A DNA stretch of 64,000 nt, taken from positions 45,237,972 to 45,301,971 of the forward strand of contig JASCQW010000099.1 in the NCBI GenBank assembly GCA_030264375.1, given 5' to 3'. Each line of letters begins with the position of its first letter. Position 1 is the stretch's first letter. Of this stretch, positions 1-11,190 are shown in pieces. The position numbers and the translations under genes were made by a program. The DNA is from Carcharhinus longimanus (Eukaryota). Under the pieces are notes generated by a model. The model was not told where the DNA came from and ran no database searches. It saw only the letters and a program-made list of their open reading frames with translations.

Positions 1-1200
1 CACGAGTGTCCCTCGGAACCTCCTTCTCCCTGATACTTTTCCTTTCACCCGACTCTCTCCCAGCCACCTCCCCACCCACCTCCCCACAACTGAGCCCTAC
101 ATCCCTCAAGCATTCACACTGAACCCCCCGTCCCCCTACAACATTCCCAACACCCTCCTCCTCTTCCTCCTCTTCCCCCCCACATCCCCCCCATCCCCCA
201 ACACCTCCTGGAATATTCAGACCATTGTGTTAAGTAAATTATGCATGTTACTCAAACATCCAAATTTTTCAGATTACATCCAAGTATTGCTTGTCTGTGA
301 TTTCAAATGGAGGTGAGAAGCAGTTTGTCAGTTTCAATTTTTCTGAGCAGACAAGTTTCTCAACATAAATGATCTAAAGCAGCAGTTTTCTTTAGGAGAG
401 ACTTCTGGATATTGAGCTGTAGCACTGTTTGCATGGAAGACCGTTACTAAATTTAATGTGGATATTGATGAATGTGGGCCCAGCACTTCTGGCTCACTGT
501 ACATAAATAAGATTAAATTTTGAGGTTTTATCATCAATAGCTGATGTAATTTTACACATGCTATATGACTATAGCCTGCATATCCCTTTGGGGTGAGTTT
601 CTGCTTCCACCTAGTTTCTGTGTTGTCGGTGATTAAGTGTGGTTGGGTGGTATCCCAGTGTAAGTCCTACCATGAAAAAGAAGCCCATCGCTGTTGCATG
701 TGTAAATACAGTTATTCTGCAGCAGGATATCTGCAATAGCACCCCATAAGCTTGTGAAAAAGTTCTCCAAAGACTTTGGAAACTTTAAATTGAAGGTGTT
801 TGACTTGAACATGGCATTTACGTGGTAAATACTTGGGCCAATACAAAGGGAAGGAAAACCATAATTGTGATTTTTCTCTCCAACAATTGTGGCAGTAAGG
901 TTGCCGCTGCTGGGGTCAGGTAGCCATCCAATTGCAAATGCCTTGTCTCCGATCATTCCAAATGCAGGGCAAGAGGGCCAGTGTGGTTTTGTAGAGCTGA
1001 GGAACTAAAAGCAGTTAGCTGCTTTGAAGATGCCTGCAGCTGTCAAGCCGATCAAGGATGTTTATAAACATTGTGGTTAGGAACAATGGGGGTACTTCAG
1101 ATTCATTAAACATGAAGAGAATGATAAATAAATAAATCTCAAGTGTGGTGTAAAAAGCCATTAAGTTGTCAACCAAAGGCACCAGTAAAATTGAAACAAA

Positions 1201-1320
1201 GGTTTTCAAAGGTTTGCAGTAGATTTCACAGGACTTCAAAGGTTTGCAAGGGATTTCTATGGCTGATAAGGGATTCCAAAGGACTTCAAAGGTTTATAAA
1301 GGTTTTCAAAGGATTTGAGC
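1201..1320. repeat. 10-bp-period degenerate tandem array (12 units, consensus ~GGWTTTCAAA)
   Basis: Units ggttttcaaa/ggtttgcagt/agatttcaca/ggacttcaaa/ggtttgcaag/... are in exact 10-bp register. Confidence 0.85.
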
Positions 1321-2790
1321 TTCTCGGAAAGCTCAGAGGCTTGCTAGAAATGCAGTATTAAAAGAATTGTGCTGAGCAAGTACACAAAGAAGGGAATCCC
1401 CCCTTATGAAAGTGACTGCTCCTGTGGATCTGAGGGCTTCAAAAGTGTCTTCACACACCTGTAGCTTCTTAAAAATAAGAAAGTGGAATGCCTTCTGCAG
1501 AATGGAGTGCTGCTGTGATTTGGAAGCTTTCCAGATGTCTAGTACACAGACAAGAATGAGTAGTTCAATCACAGAGCTTTCTGAAATCACTATGTTAAGA
1601 GTGATTTTCATGTTTCCCAGGGCTGGAAGGGGCAGTCCAGCCACAAGACCTCCATCTTGGGGAGAATTCAAAGGTCAATCCCTTCCCTCAGCCTGAATGC
1701 TTCCATCAACCCCAGGTCCTTGGGGGACAGTCCCTCTGCAGCCTGGTAACCTAAGCACGCCAGGGAAGCCAGCTTCAGAGCTCTTAGACACCATTGTGGA
1801 GCATGCCTCAATCTCCTACTGAATCAGGAGACCTCCTCCTATGTCTCTCCATGGACATTAGACACCCCTTCCATCATTGGCAGCATTGTCACCCACCCTA
1901 CACCACGTGGCATCGGGACATCAGTACCGTCCTGATGAGTACCTTAGTGGACCCGAGACATGCCCCTGTCACGACCCCCCTCTGCAGAATCCCCTTTGCA
2001 GGCCACCCCCCACCACTGCGTGACCATGCTCCCTGCAGAACCACTCACCTTGCAGAGCTTCCCCCTCTATAAGCCTCCTGCCAATGAGAGCAGAAACATC
2101 TGGGAAGACGGAAACAGCCATGCCAAACCAGGTAAGTCCTCTTAAATGTTGTCATCTTTATGTTAATAGGGTTAGCACCCTTTCTGGGTGTGAAGCTGTG
2201 CTCACTGGTAAAAGCGGGCTGGGGTATGAATTGGGTTTTTGACCTCCCACACTATCTTCCCAGCTCACTCCGATCAACCGATGTGGGAACCAGTAAGTAC
2301 AGTTCTTAAATGAAAAGACTAAAATAAGATGAAAAAGCACCAAAATATTATACATGTAATGGAGCTAGTTACTTCTTCATTTGTAAATTCTTCTGTGGCT
2401 TCTACTGTGGCTACTCTCTCATTTTTGCTCCATTTTGTCATGAGCTATCTTCCTCTGCAGTTATGGTAGTAAAAATGAGAGGTTGCATTTGTTGCAGTCA
2501 TGTCTGGTGATACTGAAGAATTTACATTGAAAATTATATGTCATGACAGCCTACAGTAAAAGTAAGATTACATGGGAATTTTACTTTGAACTAAATGCAA
2601 TCGGATATGAGTACAGAAACAGATCCAAGGAATGATGATTCTCAGTGAACTCTGACAAAATTATCACTTTTGACAGTAGTGAAAATACTTTAAGACAAGT
2701 CAAGGAAGGTGCCTTGGACCCTGAGTTCACTAAATTAATGAAGGCAACAGTGAGTTTTTTTTCTAACAAAAAAGAGGGAGTAAGAAAAAG

Positions 2791-3039
2791 AGCTATGAGG
2801 AGAGGCTGAATAAACTGGGCTTGTACTCGTTAGAGTTTAGAAGAATGAGGGGAGATCTCATTGAGANNNNNNNNNNNNNNNNNNNNNNNNNNNNNNNNNN
2901 NNNNNNNNNNNNNNNNNNNNNNNNNNNNNNNNNNNNNNNNNNNNNNNNNNNNNNNNNNNNNNNNNNGGCGGGGCAGGCTCGAAGGGCTAGATGGCCTACT
3001 CCTGCTCCTATTTCTTATGTTCTTATGTTCTTATGTTCT
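2791..3039 (+). mobile_element. Young CR1 LINE 3' fragment (gap inside)
   Basis: Translates SYEERLNKLGLYSLEFRRMRGDLIE (CR1 ORF2 C-terminus); ends ggcctactcctgctcctat(ttcttatg)n tail. Confidence 0.93.
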
Positions 3040-3097
3040 AAGAAAGGGAGTGAAAGAGCAAAACAAAGAGAGAGAAAGAGACACAAAATGATGGATT

Positions 3098-3645
3098 TCA
3101 ATTAATACAGCACTTCTCATGGCCTCTGGACATCCAAACAGTGCTGAACAGCCAATTAAGTACTTTTGAAGTGTTATCACTGTTATCGTATAGGAAACGT
3201 GGCAGCCAATTTGTGCACTGCAAGCTCCCACAAACAGAAATGTGATCGTAAAATCTGAAGAAATGAGGGCAGGAATAAATCATTCAGCCCATTGAGCCTG
3301 CTCCACCATTCAATAAGATCATGATTGATCTGTTTGTGGCCTTAGCTCCACTTTCCTGCCTGCCCACTGTAATCCTTGACTCCATTGTGGATCAAAATCT
3401 GCCATGTTTAGTCTTGAATACATTCAGTGACTCTGCCTCCATTGCTCGCTGAGAAAGAGAATTTCAAAGAACAGTGATTCCAATGACCAGATTCTGTGTT
3501 TCTGTGGTGCTGATTAAGGGATAAACTTTGACCAGGACACTGGTGGTAATTTCATTGGTCTTCTTTGAAATAGTGACAGAACATCTTTCACATCCACCTA
3601 AGAGAATCAATGGGGCCTAGGTTTAATGTCTCATCCAAAAATTGC
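3098..3645 (-). mobile_element. DeuSINE (SacSINE1/AmnSINE1-like), split by a CR1 insertion
   Basis: 3098-3248 matches the Deu 3' part (rc: gtgggagcttgcagtgcacaaattggctgccacgtttcct...cttcaaaagtacttaattggctg); 3481-3645 matches the upstream part (rc: ggatgagacattaaacctaggcccc...aggtggatgtaaagat). Confidence 0.8.
3251..3480 (-). mobile_element. Older CR1 3' fragment nested in the DeuSINE
   Basis: gcaggaataaatcattcagcccattgagcctgctccaccattcaataagatcatg is the reverse complement of a CR1 3' UTR. Confidence 0.8.
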
Positions 3646-4384
3646 ATTCCTTTATTTTGACAGTGCTTGCAAGTGGTTAATTTGTTGTGAACCTACTCTC
3701 ATTCTTGAGCATTTTGTAATTCTTGAGCGTGTTGTTCAAGTCTAAATATAACTTTTCTGATATCTCACTTCCTGCAGCATGGCCTCCCGTTTCACCTCCT
3801 AAAAGCATGCTTTTAAGGCCTGAAGGAAAAATGAGGTGTCTCTCACCATTCAAATACAGCAGTGGGAACCTTCATTGGCTGTCATTACCCCTCTCTTGAG
3901 GCTACCTGGGACTGACATCAGCGGCTGAAGAGAAATGCAATGGGACATTGCAGCCCAGAATTTTTCCATGCAAGGGTGAGGCTTTCAGTGGCCTTCCCAA
4001 TTAGGTTTGATGGCAGCAAAATAAACATAAGTACAGACACACAACTGAGAACATTACCACCCTAACCCCTATCCCCAACCTCCTGCCACTGCCCCACTTG
4101 ATTTTTAATGCATTCACAGACAAATATCTTGGACACAAGTTTCTCTATGTGCAGAATTTTTCTAGCCATCTGTCTAAATTTTCACTTCACAATCCGTAAA
4201 TGTTGAAAATGTTATTGTGTGAAAGAAACACCTTCCGTGTTGCCACAGTCTACATCTAGAAATACACAGCAAAATTATGTAATATATCTAATCTGCAAAT
4301 ACTATTATACTGGCTCTGCGTATCTGACAGGAGTCTATGTAAACTTCAGGCTTCAATTCTTCCTGCCTAAAGATTGCAACCATA

Positions 4385-4510
4385 CGGTGGGATTTTCCAG
4401 TTGCACTCTCCCCAGGGTTGGAAAATCCTGCCCAAAGTCATTGGACCTTTACATGGTCTGTGTCCCACCTGCTACAGTTCCTGTAGCGGGTAGGATGGTA
4501 AAATCCTGCC
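4385..4510. mobile_element. ~125-bp MITE (Harbinger-type termini)
   Basis: TIRs ggtgggattttcc ... ggtaaaatcctgcc; related copies at 7482-7608 (opposite orientation) and ~16760-16880. Confidence 0.7.
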
Positions 4511-5499
4511 AAAGTTTTTTCATCTTCTTTTGTTACACAGCAAGATAACAGAGAAAAATAGAGACAAGAGGCTTGTCCATTGTTCTTTGGTGAATAGAAA
4601 ACCTAACGTTAGTATTACAGGTTTTAATAGTGGGTTCTCAATATCACAATGGATGTTTAGGTAGTCCTGCCGTTCTGGTGCCTTTCTGCTTATTTGCTCC
4701 CGAGTAAACAAAAGAATAATTAAATTGTTGCAGTGGCACCAGAATAAATCTAGGCAGCCAGGACACATCTATCTCTTCAAAGTGATCTCTGGAGCTTTTT
4801 GGGCATTAGTTAAAAATCCAGCAGAAGCATTTAAATGAAAGGGGAAAGGTATGTTCCTGGATTGTCTTGTCTTTTCAACACTGGGTAAAATGTAGCTAAA
4901 AAATATGATGCTGTGTACTGCTCTAAAATTTTCATCAATGGAAGGGTTTGAACATGTCCCAAAGTAGAACAAAGGCTTGAAGGCAGAACAATATCGTCAT
5001 TTTTTCATCTCCTGCCCCTCCTCAATCAACTGGATCCACCTATCAAATTATAACCTGTTGACTGTTGATCTTTATCAATAGCCGAAAGTGTCTGGATTTA
5101 AAGCCTAGCTCGTGGATAGGCCCGGACTTGTGTCCCATTTTCCCACTTATTCTGCCAAAACTAGCTTGGGGGCGAGGGAGTGGAGTGCCTAGAGGGGCTG
5201 CCTAGATCAGGTAAATAGGACGTAACAGGAAATCCAGGCAATTCTGTGGCTTGACTTTGCCTGGCCATATCTATTTGATGAAGTGAGAGCGAACATCCTG
5301 GAAAATCTATCATATAATCCATAAAATGGAAGCAAAATAAGGAAATATAGAGAAGGACATTGACACAGAGAGAAAGGGGGCAAAACTGTATTTTAAAAAA
5401 TTCTCAGTGCTGAATGAGCAAGAAAACAGGAGAGTTTCAGATGTGTTTTTTGGATGAATGAAAAAAAGCAATCGTACGGCATTTAGTCTAAAAAGGGGG

Positions 5500-6125
5500 C
5501 CAGGATGTGATTCTCAACAATCGGTGGCAAGGTGGATAAAGCCAGCTGGCAATATAAGGGGTGCCACTATGCAGGTCCCCCGATGTCTCCAACTCACCTA
5601 CCCCCACAGATTCCCCCAGAGCCAATCGCCAGTTCAAACATCACCCCCCCCCAACCAATTGCTGCCCACACGATCAATGCCCCCTCTACAGAGCTACCCC
5701 TCACCCCCCCTTGCTATTGGCTACACCACTTCTCAGGCACTGCCCACTCAAGACCTCCTCCCCTCAGGCCCCACCTCCAAGAATCTGCCTCTTTGGCACT
5801 GCACTGGCATTGCCAGGGTGCCCAGTTGGCAATGCCAGGGTGTCCATTGGACAGTGCGTGTTTACCCAGTGGACCATATCAGGGTGCCTGATGGGCAATG
5901 CCAGGGTGGGTACTGCCAGGCTGGTACTGCCTGGCCCTATCACTGACCATCCAGAGGGGCTTCAATAGCCTCCAGACCCATCCAATCACATCTGGTCCCC
6001 ATGGGTGGGGAACCATACTTGATCCATGCTGGTAAGGACCTCGACAAAGCATGTCATGAATTTTGAAATCGATTCCGCCAGCAAATCAATGCCGGTAACA
6101 TCACAAGGGGTGAAAAACTGGGTGC
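5500..6125. mobile_element. Degenerate non-autonomous TIR element (Harbinger-type)
   Basis: Left end ggatgtgattctc; C-rich core with ttggcactgc/tgccaggg/ggcaatgcc motifs shared with 16944-19000, 51269-52300 and 54075-54890. Confidence 0.55.
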
Positions 6126-6483
6126 AGTCATGATCGACCAGCAGGATAGCCAGTAAGACTGCCTCCCAGAAACTGAGGTTTTCACTTTAATTAAGAGATA
6201 AAATCTTGATATTTGATTATTAAAATCTTGGTGATTAGAACTCCATCTGCCATTTACAATGTTTGCAACTTTGCCCCAGCCTTTGTCTAAGCTCTGTTGC
6301 ACAAACTATCAGGAGTGTAATTTTGAATAATTGAACTAATCCTCTGATTTGTCATGCTTCCCCATGGAAACACTTAACATGGCTTTGCATCTTCCTTGAA
6401 TGGGAAGGGATGCTGAATTCCCCTCATTAAAGCCTGTGGATAATTCAATTTTTAATGAACGGTGCTAACTTTANNNNNNNNNN

Positions 6484-6788
6484 CTTTAATTTTATCCATT
6501 AGTGTCACAAGTAGGCTAACATTAACACTGCAGTGGAGTTGCTGTGAAAATCCAATGTGTCAAACTCCAATGCCTTTATGGGTATACTGAGGGAGAATTT
6601 AGTATGACCAATGCACCTAATCAGCATGTCTTTCGAACTGTAGGAGGAAACTGGAGCACCAAGAACATTCCACACAATCACAGGGAGAATGTGCAAACTC
6701 CACACGGACAGTGATTTAGGCTGGAAATCAAACCTGAGTCCCTGGTGCTGTGAGGCAGCAGAGCTAACCATTGTGCCATCATACTGCT
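6484..6788 (-). mobile_element. tRNA-derived V-SINE (HE1-like), tail type B
   Basis: rc: tggcacaatggttagc...gcctcacagcaccagggac head, V-domain gtgtggagtttgcacattctccc, tail ...cctacttgtgacactaatg. Confidence 0.88.
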
Positions 6789-7401
6789 AACACTGCTCTT
6801 TGGAATCAATGCTGAAAATGTTATTGTTCTAGTTACAAATTAATCATAAATAAATAAGGGTTTCCATTACTTACGTATAAAACTTTCCAGATGATGGATC
6901 CAGATACTGACGATCTATTATTCAGGTCTAACATGTAGAAAAGGGCAGCAAGTACTTTTCTTTGCCAAAAATTCACACTGGGGTCATTCTTATTCTGTTA
7001 TTTGGCAAACAATTTTTTTGAGTCTGAATATTCTTGAGTAGGTATTGAAATACAATTAATGATGTGATGAGCTGCCATTTGGTACTGCACTGTCTACTTC
7101 CATGAACCATTTCTAGGCTGTGATGTTTATTTTACTGTATTCTTCACATCATGCTTCTCACAAAGCAGAATTCTTGATGTTTGCAGACCTACTGGCAGTT
7201 ACACCAACTTTGTTCAATTTCAATTTAGTTGTGACTGATAAGGATATGAAATGATTTTCATTGTACAGGGGATCCATTCTGTATATTAACTATCTGTAAT
7301 GTGGCTGGAAATGGTAAGGCAAAACTTTCACAGATGATGGGTGACCAAAAAAAAATACCAGTACTTAAGAAGCACCCAGTACTCACTCCACAAACACTAA
7401 G

Positions 7402-7740
7402 TACCTTGGAAACTGGAATTCTGAAATAATATCAAAAAAAGGCTGGACTCAGCACCTCAGGCAGTATCTGTGAAGAGTTATCGGCCAGAACTCTCCCATC
7501 CCGCCCACTACTGGAATTTTAGCAGGTGGGTTGCGGAGAATGTGAAGTACCATTGACAGTCAGGTGGGAATTTCCGGCTTTTGGACCAGCATGGCCGGAG
7601 AATTCCGCAAAATCTTTCAGCTTGATGATATTTCATCAGGTCTGATAAAAGGTCACAGCCTTGAATTGCTAACTCTGATTTTTCATTCCATACGTGTTGC
7701 CTAGCCTCCTGATTATTCCTGTGGTTGCTTCTCATTTTCT
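7402..7740. mobile_element. Inverted pair of Penelope-like terminal repeats, interrupted by a MITE
   Basis: ctggaattctgaaata...gcagtatctgtgaagagtta [MITE] ttcagcttgatgatatttcatcag | tctgataaaaggtcacagccttgaattgctaactctg... with the arms inverted around ~7640. Confidence 0.65.
7482..7608. mobile_element. ~125-bp MITE
   Basis: TIRs cggccagaactctcc ... ggagaattccgc; homologous to 4385-4510. Confidence 0.72.
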
Positions 7741-7789
7741 CGAATGGGTTGGGATGTAAACAGCAGTGCAAAAGTAAAAAAAAAGTAAA

Positions 7790-7960
7790 AAGTCAGTGTT
7801 GGCTATCCCTTGATTCATGGATGACATCTACTCAGGGTCATGAGTTTCTGTCATGGGTTTGCATGATTGAATAAGCCCACAGATCTCAACCCAAAGATCT
7901 TTCGGTACATGAAGCAGAATGTCCCACAAGGTAGTGGGATCCAGAATGCAGGATTTGCAA
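7790..7960 (-). mobile_element. LINE 3' end, probably RTE clade
   Basis: ggctatcccttgattcatggatgacatctac resembles the reverse complement of RTE 3' ends (gtcatcc...gggatagcc). Confidence 0.5.
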
Positions 7961-9489
7961 CCAGAAAAAAAACTGAGATAACCTATTTGTGGGGCATTTT
8001 TCTAGTCCCTTCCCCATTTGGGGAGAACAGAGGGTATCCTGAAGATGATTGGTCAATCAACAGTTGCTCTTGGCCAAAAGTATCCCTCCCCTTTCATAGG
8101 TTGTCCAATGACTTTCATGTATCTTTCAACTGTGTGCAGATTTTTGATTCGGAACTCCCATGCTCACAGTCTTGTTCCAAGCACCAGTTCTACATCACTG
8201 CACAACTTGGCACGTGGTCCCTGGCAGAAGCCTGAACACAATCATATTTAACATGAGAACCTTGAGGTGCCTCCATTCCTTCATTGTCCACACAATCATG
8301 AANNNNNNNNNNNNNNNNNNNNNNNNNNNNNNNNNNNNNNNNNNNNNNNNNNNNNNNNNNNNNNNNNNNNNNNNNNNNNNNNNNNNNNNNNNNNNNNNNN
8401 NNCCCCCCCCCCCCCCCCCCCCCCCCCCCAAGCTCCCCCACCCCACACCAACTTGCCACCACAGGTGATCCTTTCTCTTGAAAGTATGGAACTCGTATCA
8501 TATTACCAATCTACATGTAATAAATATGAAGCTTCACCACACTCATATGAATCATTAACATCTGTAAATTTCAAAGACATTTGTAATACTATAATTTGAA
8601 TCATATTAGAACATCAACTCCAACGGATCTATCGAGCTAAAAGAATAAGATTCATGAATCTTTAAGAAAGGTTTTAATTTCAGTTTCACACTGCAACCTT
8701 TATATTTGAGACATTTATAGTGTGAGCTTTCTTTTAAAATATTTTTTAAAAATCTGCAATACTTTGTTCTGCTTTGACAACAAGGCTTTCAGTGGTACTT
8801 TCTCCTCTCTAAAACACAGCTGTGTTCTATATTTCCTGTGAGTGAAGCTGGAACTGTGCCCAAACCAATGGATGATAAAATGTGGAAGCTCAAGAAGTGA
8901 TTTGGCTTTCGTTTTCAAAGAGAATATTCCCACATGAGCAAACTAGTCATGTCAAACCAACACAGAGTGTCCATTAGCTCAGGATTCATCTTTCCTCACT
9001 TCCCATCTGTGTCACTTTCAATCAATGCTATTTTTCACTAATTCTTTTGACAGCAGTGAGCAGCAAGTATGCTTTTATATGTTGACATTGAAAGTAAGAA
9101 ATTTTAGCTCTATTTCCTGCGGACTTGTGTAAATTGTTCTTTGCGATCAAAATTAAATGGAGTAATAAAAATGAACTGCATTCAAATGTCAATAATAGAA
9201 CACATCCTGTAATGCAAACAACATGAAAGATAAATTGAGTCATAGGTCTGATGAGATGTATATTTTACCATGTACCATGTGATAGTTATTTAAACCACAC
9301 ATCATTATGCCTCCAGAATTTTCATTTGAATGGAATTACCTCCATTAGTGTATCATCTGATACCCTACTCTTCCAAAGCTTCTGGTCTTGTCCAACATGC
9401 CTCTGTTTAAACTCAGGCAACAGTTCATTGATGCTGCACAATGACTCTGTGTATCCACATTAACTTTTTCCCACCATTGGATTTAGGAT

Positions 9490-9997
9490 TGTAATACTAG
9501 ACTTTTTCCAATTGTCTCTTCTGTTCCAGTTTATTACTAGAATATTTGCATTCTAATTAATGCTACATAACCAGCCCTCTGTAATTTCAGTCTTCCCTAA
9601 GCCCATTCAATTACACATTTTAACTACCACTGTGGACACTTTAATTTCCTTTTTTTTCCTCCGCTTTTTGCTTCCCTTCTCATTACTCCTCCAAGCTGTT
9701 TCCCTCCTGTCATCTTGCTTCCTTGCAGTTCTCTCTTCTTGGATACTCTGCCTTCCAAATCTTGACCTCATCCTGTCAGTATTCCTCAATCTTGGTACTT
9801 TCTTGTTGCTGCACCATGTTTGATTCCCTCTTAAATAAGCCTACACCTTCCCATTGTGGCCTCCTTGGCACCTTCAGATGGGCTTATCCCAGCTCTCATT
9901 ATTGTATCTTTATGAATAGAAACCCCAAATTTCCCATCCTACTCGATTGCAAACCTTACCACCAATCCAGACCACCAATTGGGGGTTGATCTTGTCA
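9490..9997 (-). mobile_element. Putative solo LTR
   Basis: On the minus strand it starts TG, has CCAAT motifs and TATTTAA (~9830), AATAAA (~9532) and ends TTACA; no TSD seen. Confidence 0.35.
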
Positions 9998-10014
9998 ATC
10001 TTCTTTTCTCTTTG

Positions 10015-10472
10015 CCCAACTCATTCTGTATTGTCACATGGTTAATTCTACAAATCAGTCTATCTTGCCACAAGTCATCCAGGCGTCACCTGAATTCACA
10101 GTGCTCTGCCAATTTTCGGAATTCATAGTGCTCTGCCAATTTTCATAACTGGGTCATAAATTCAGTGACTGGTTCTCCAAGGTTTTGTCATGCCATGTAA
10201 AAATGGTATCGCTGGAGTCTTATAGAAGGCTTAGGTTCATGGTAGCCTTTAACCAAGTCTACCAATTCACTAAAGGTTTTTGAGTCAGGAGCATCTAGGT
10301 AGGTTAGGTTTTTATTACACTGAATGTCAGGACCCCACATGCCTTCCAGGAATACTTTCTGCTTTTTGACCCCTTCATTATTTGTCTGGAAAAAATAATG
10401 CATGTTGTCTGTGTATTTTGACCAGTCTTCTGTGTTTGCATTGTCGGCTTCAAGCTTTCCAAAAAGATGCAA
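10015..10472 (-). pseudogene. Ty3/Gypsy gag N-terminal remnant
   Basis: LFGKLE..EDWSKY..MHYFFQTN..KQKVFL..LTYLDAPDSKTFSELVDLVKGYHEPKPSIRLQRYHFY then GEPVTEFM..KLAEHCEF..DRLICRIN; stops and frameshift present. Confidence 0.88.
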
Positions 10473-10545
10473 TTTTCTTGCTTGATGATTACTTGTCTTG
10501 ATAATAAGAGTTGTTCAGAGGGAAGAAAAAGTAACTTGTTTTATT

Positions 10546-10812
10546 CCTTGTCACCAATGTAATAATCTCGCTAAGGAAAGTTTTCCCTCACCAACTTCCC
10601 TCATTTGCTTGGTGAATAAAGCATGCTTCTGTAGCTGCAGTACACAGGTCAATCCCAGGAGTCTTTGATGACCAGTCCAAGTAGATACAATTGACTTTAA
10701 ACTCCCTCATCTCCTTCACTATTGGGCAAGCTCTGCTGGCTTAATAGAGGAGCTTATAGTCTACCAAACCCACAGGGAGGTCTATTGGCTATTCCCCATG
10801 GCTGCCACAACA
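10546..10812 (-). mobile_element. Gypsy 5' LTR (10558-10812) plus primer-binding site
   Basis: Minus strand reads TGTTGTG...TTATTACA followed by tTGGTGACAAGG (cf. TGGCGACGAGG PBS), ~75 bp upstream of gag. Confidence 0.65.
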
Positions 10813-10834
10813 TTCTAGTTTCTCCCTTACCTTT

Positions 10835-11065
10835 AGTCATGCCCTCTATGACCTCATCTTGCCTATAAGGCACATCTCTTTCTCCTTCAGTCATATTCCC
10901 ACTAGACCACTGACCACCCTACCTCACTTTCTGAGTTCAATGTTAGCTGATGATGTTAATGGATCTCTCCTTGCATTCTGTTCTCGTCCTTCAAATCTGA
11001 GATCACTGTCCCACCGCTCAAAAAAAAACCTTGATCCCACTGTCCTTGCAAAGTATTATTCTACT
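10835..11065 (+). mobile_element. L2 LINE ORF2 fragment
   Basis: IPTRPLTT...MLADDVNGSL...KKNLDPTVLAKYY (cf. KKxxLDPxxLxNYRP). Confidence 0.7.
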
Positions 11066-11069
11066 TTAA

Positions 11070-11190
11070 AAAATAATTCATGGAATGGGAGCATCAATGG
11101 CAAGGTTGGCATTTATTGCATATTCCTAATTGTCCTTGAAAAATTGGCAGTGAACCGACTTCTTGAACTATTATAATCCGTCTAGTGTGG
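11070..11190 (-). mobile_element. 3' end of a CR1/L2-group LINE (same family as 34037-35115)
   Basis: ttcatggaatgggagcatc...gcatttattgcatattcctaattgtccttga aligns with 34047-34140. Confidence 0.7.

Noticed and set aside
2646-2749. Open segment ending in a GTGAGT donor (NSDKIITFDSSENTLRQVKEGALDPEFTKLMKAT)
   Set aside because: Weak acceptor and unrecognised peptide; cannot be supported without transcript data
5458-5968. Overlapping Pro-rich ORFs in three frames
   Set aside because: Stop-poor C-rich core of a non-autonomous element; no domain signal
8020-8302. Possible L1/Tx1 C-terminal remnant (IVFRLLPGT) on the minus strand
   Set aside because: Similarity too short and weak to call
8403-8428. 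Poly-C run giving poly-Pro/Gly ORFs
   Set aside because: Homopolymer at a contig edge
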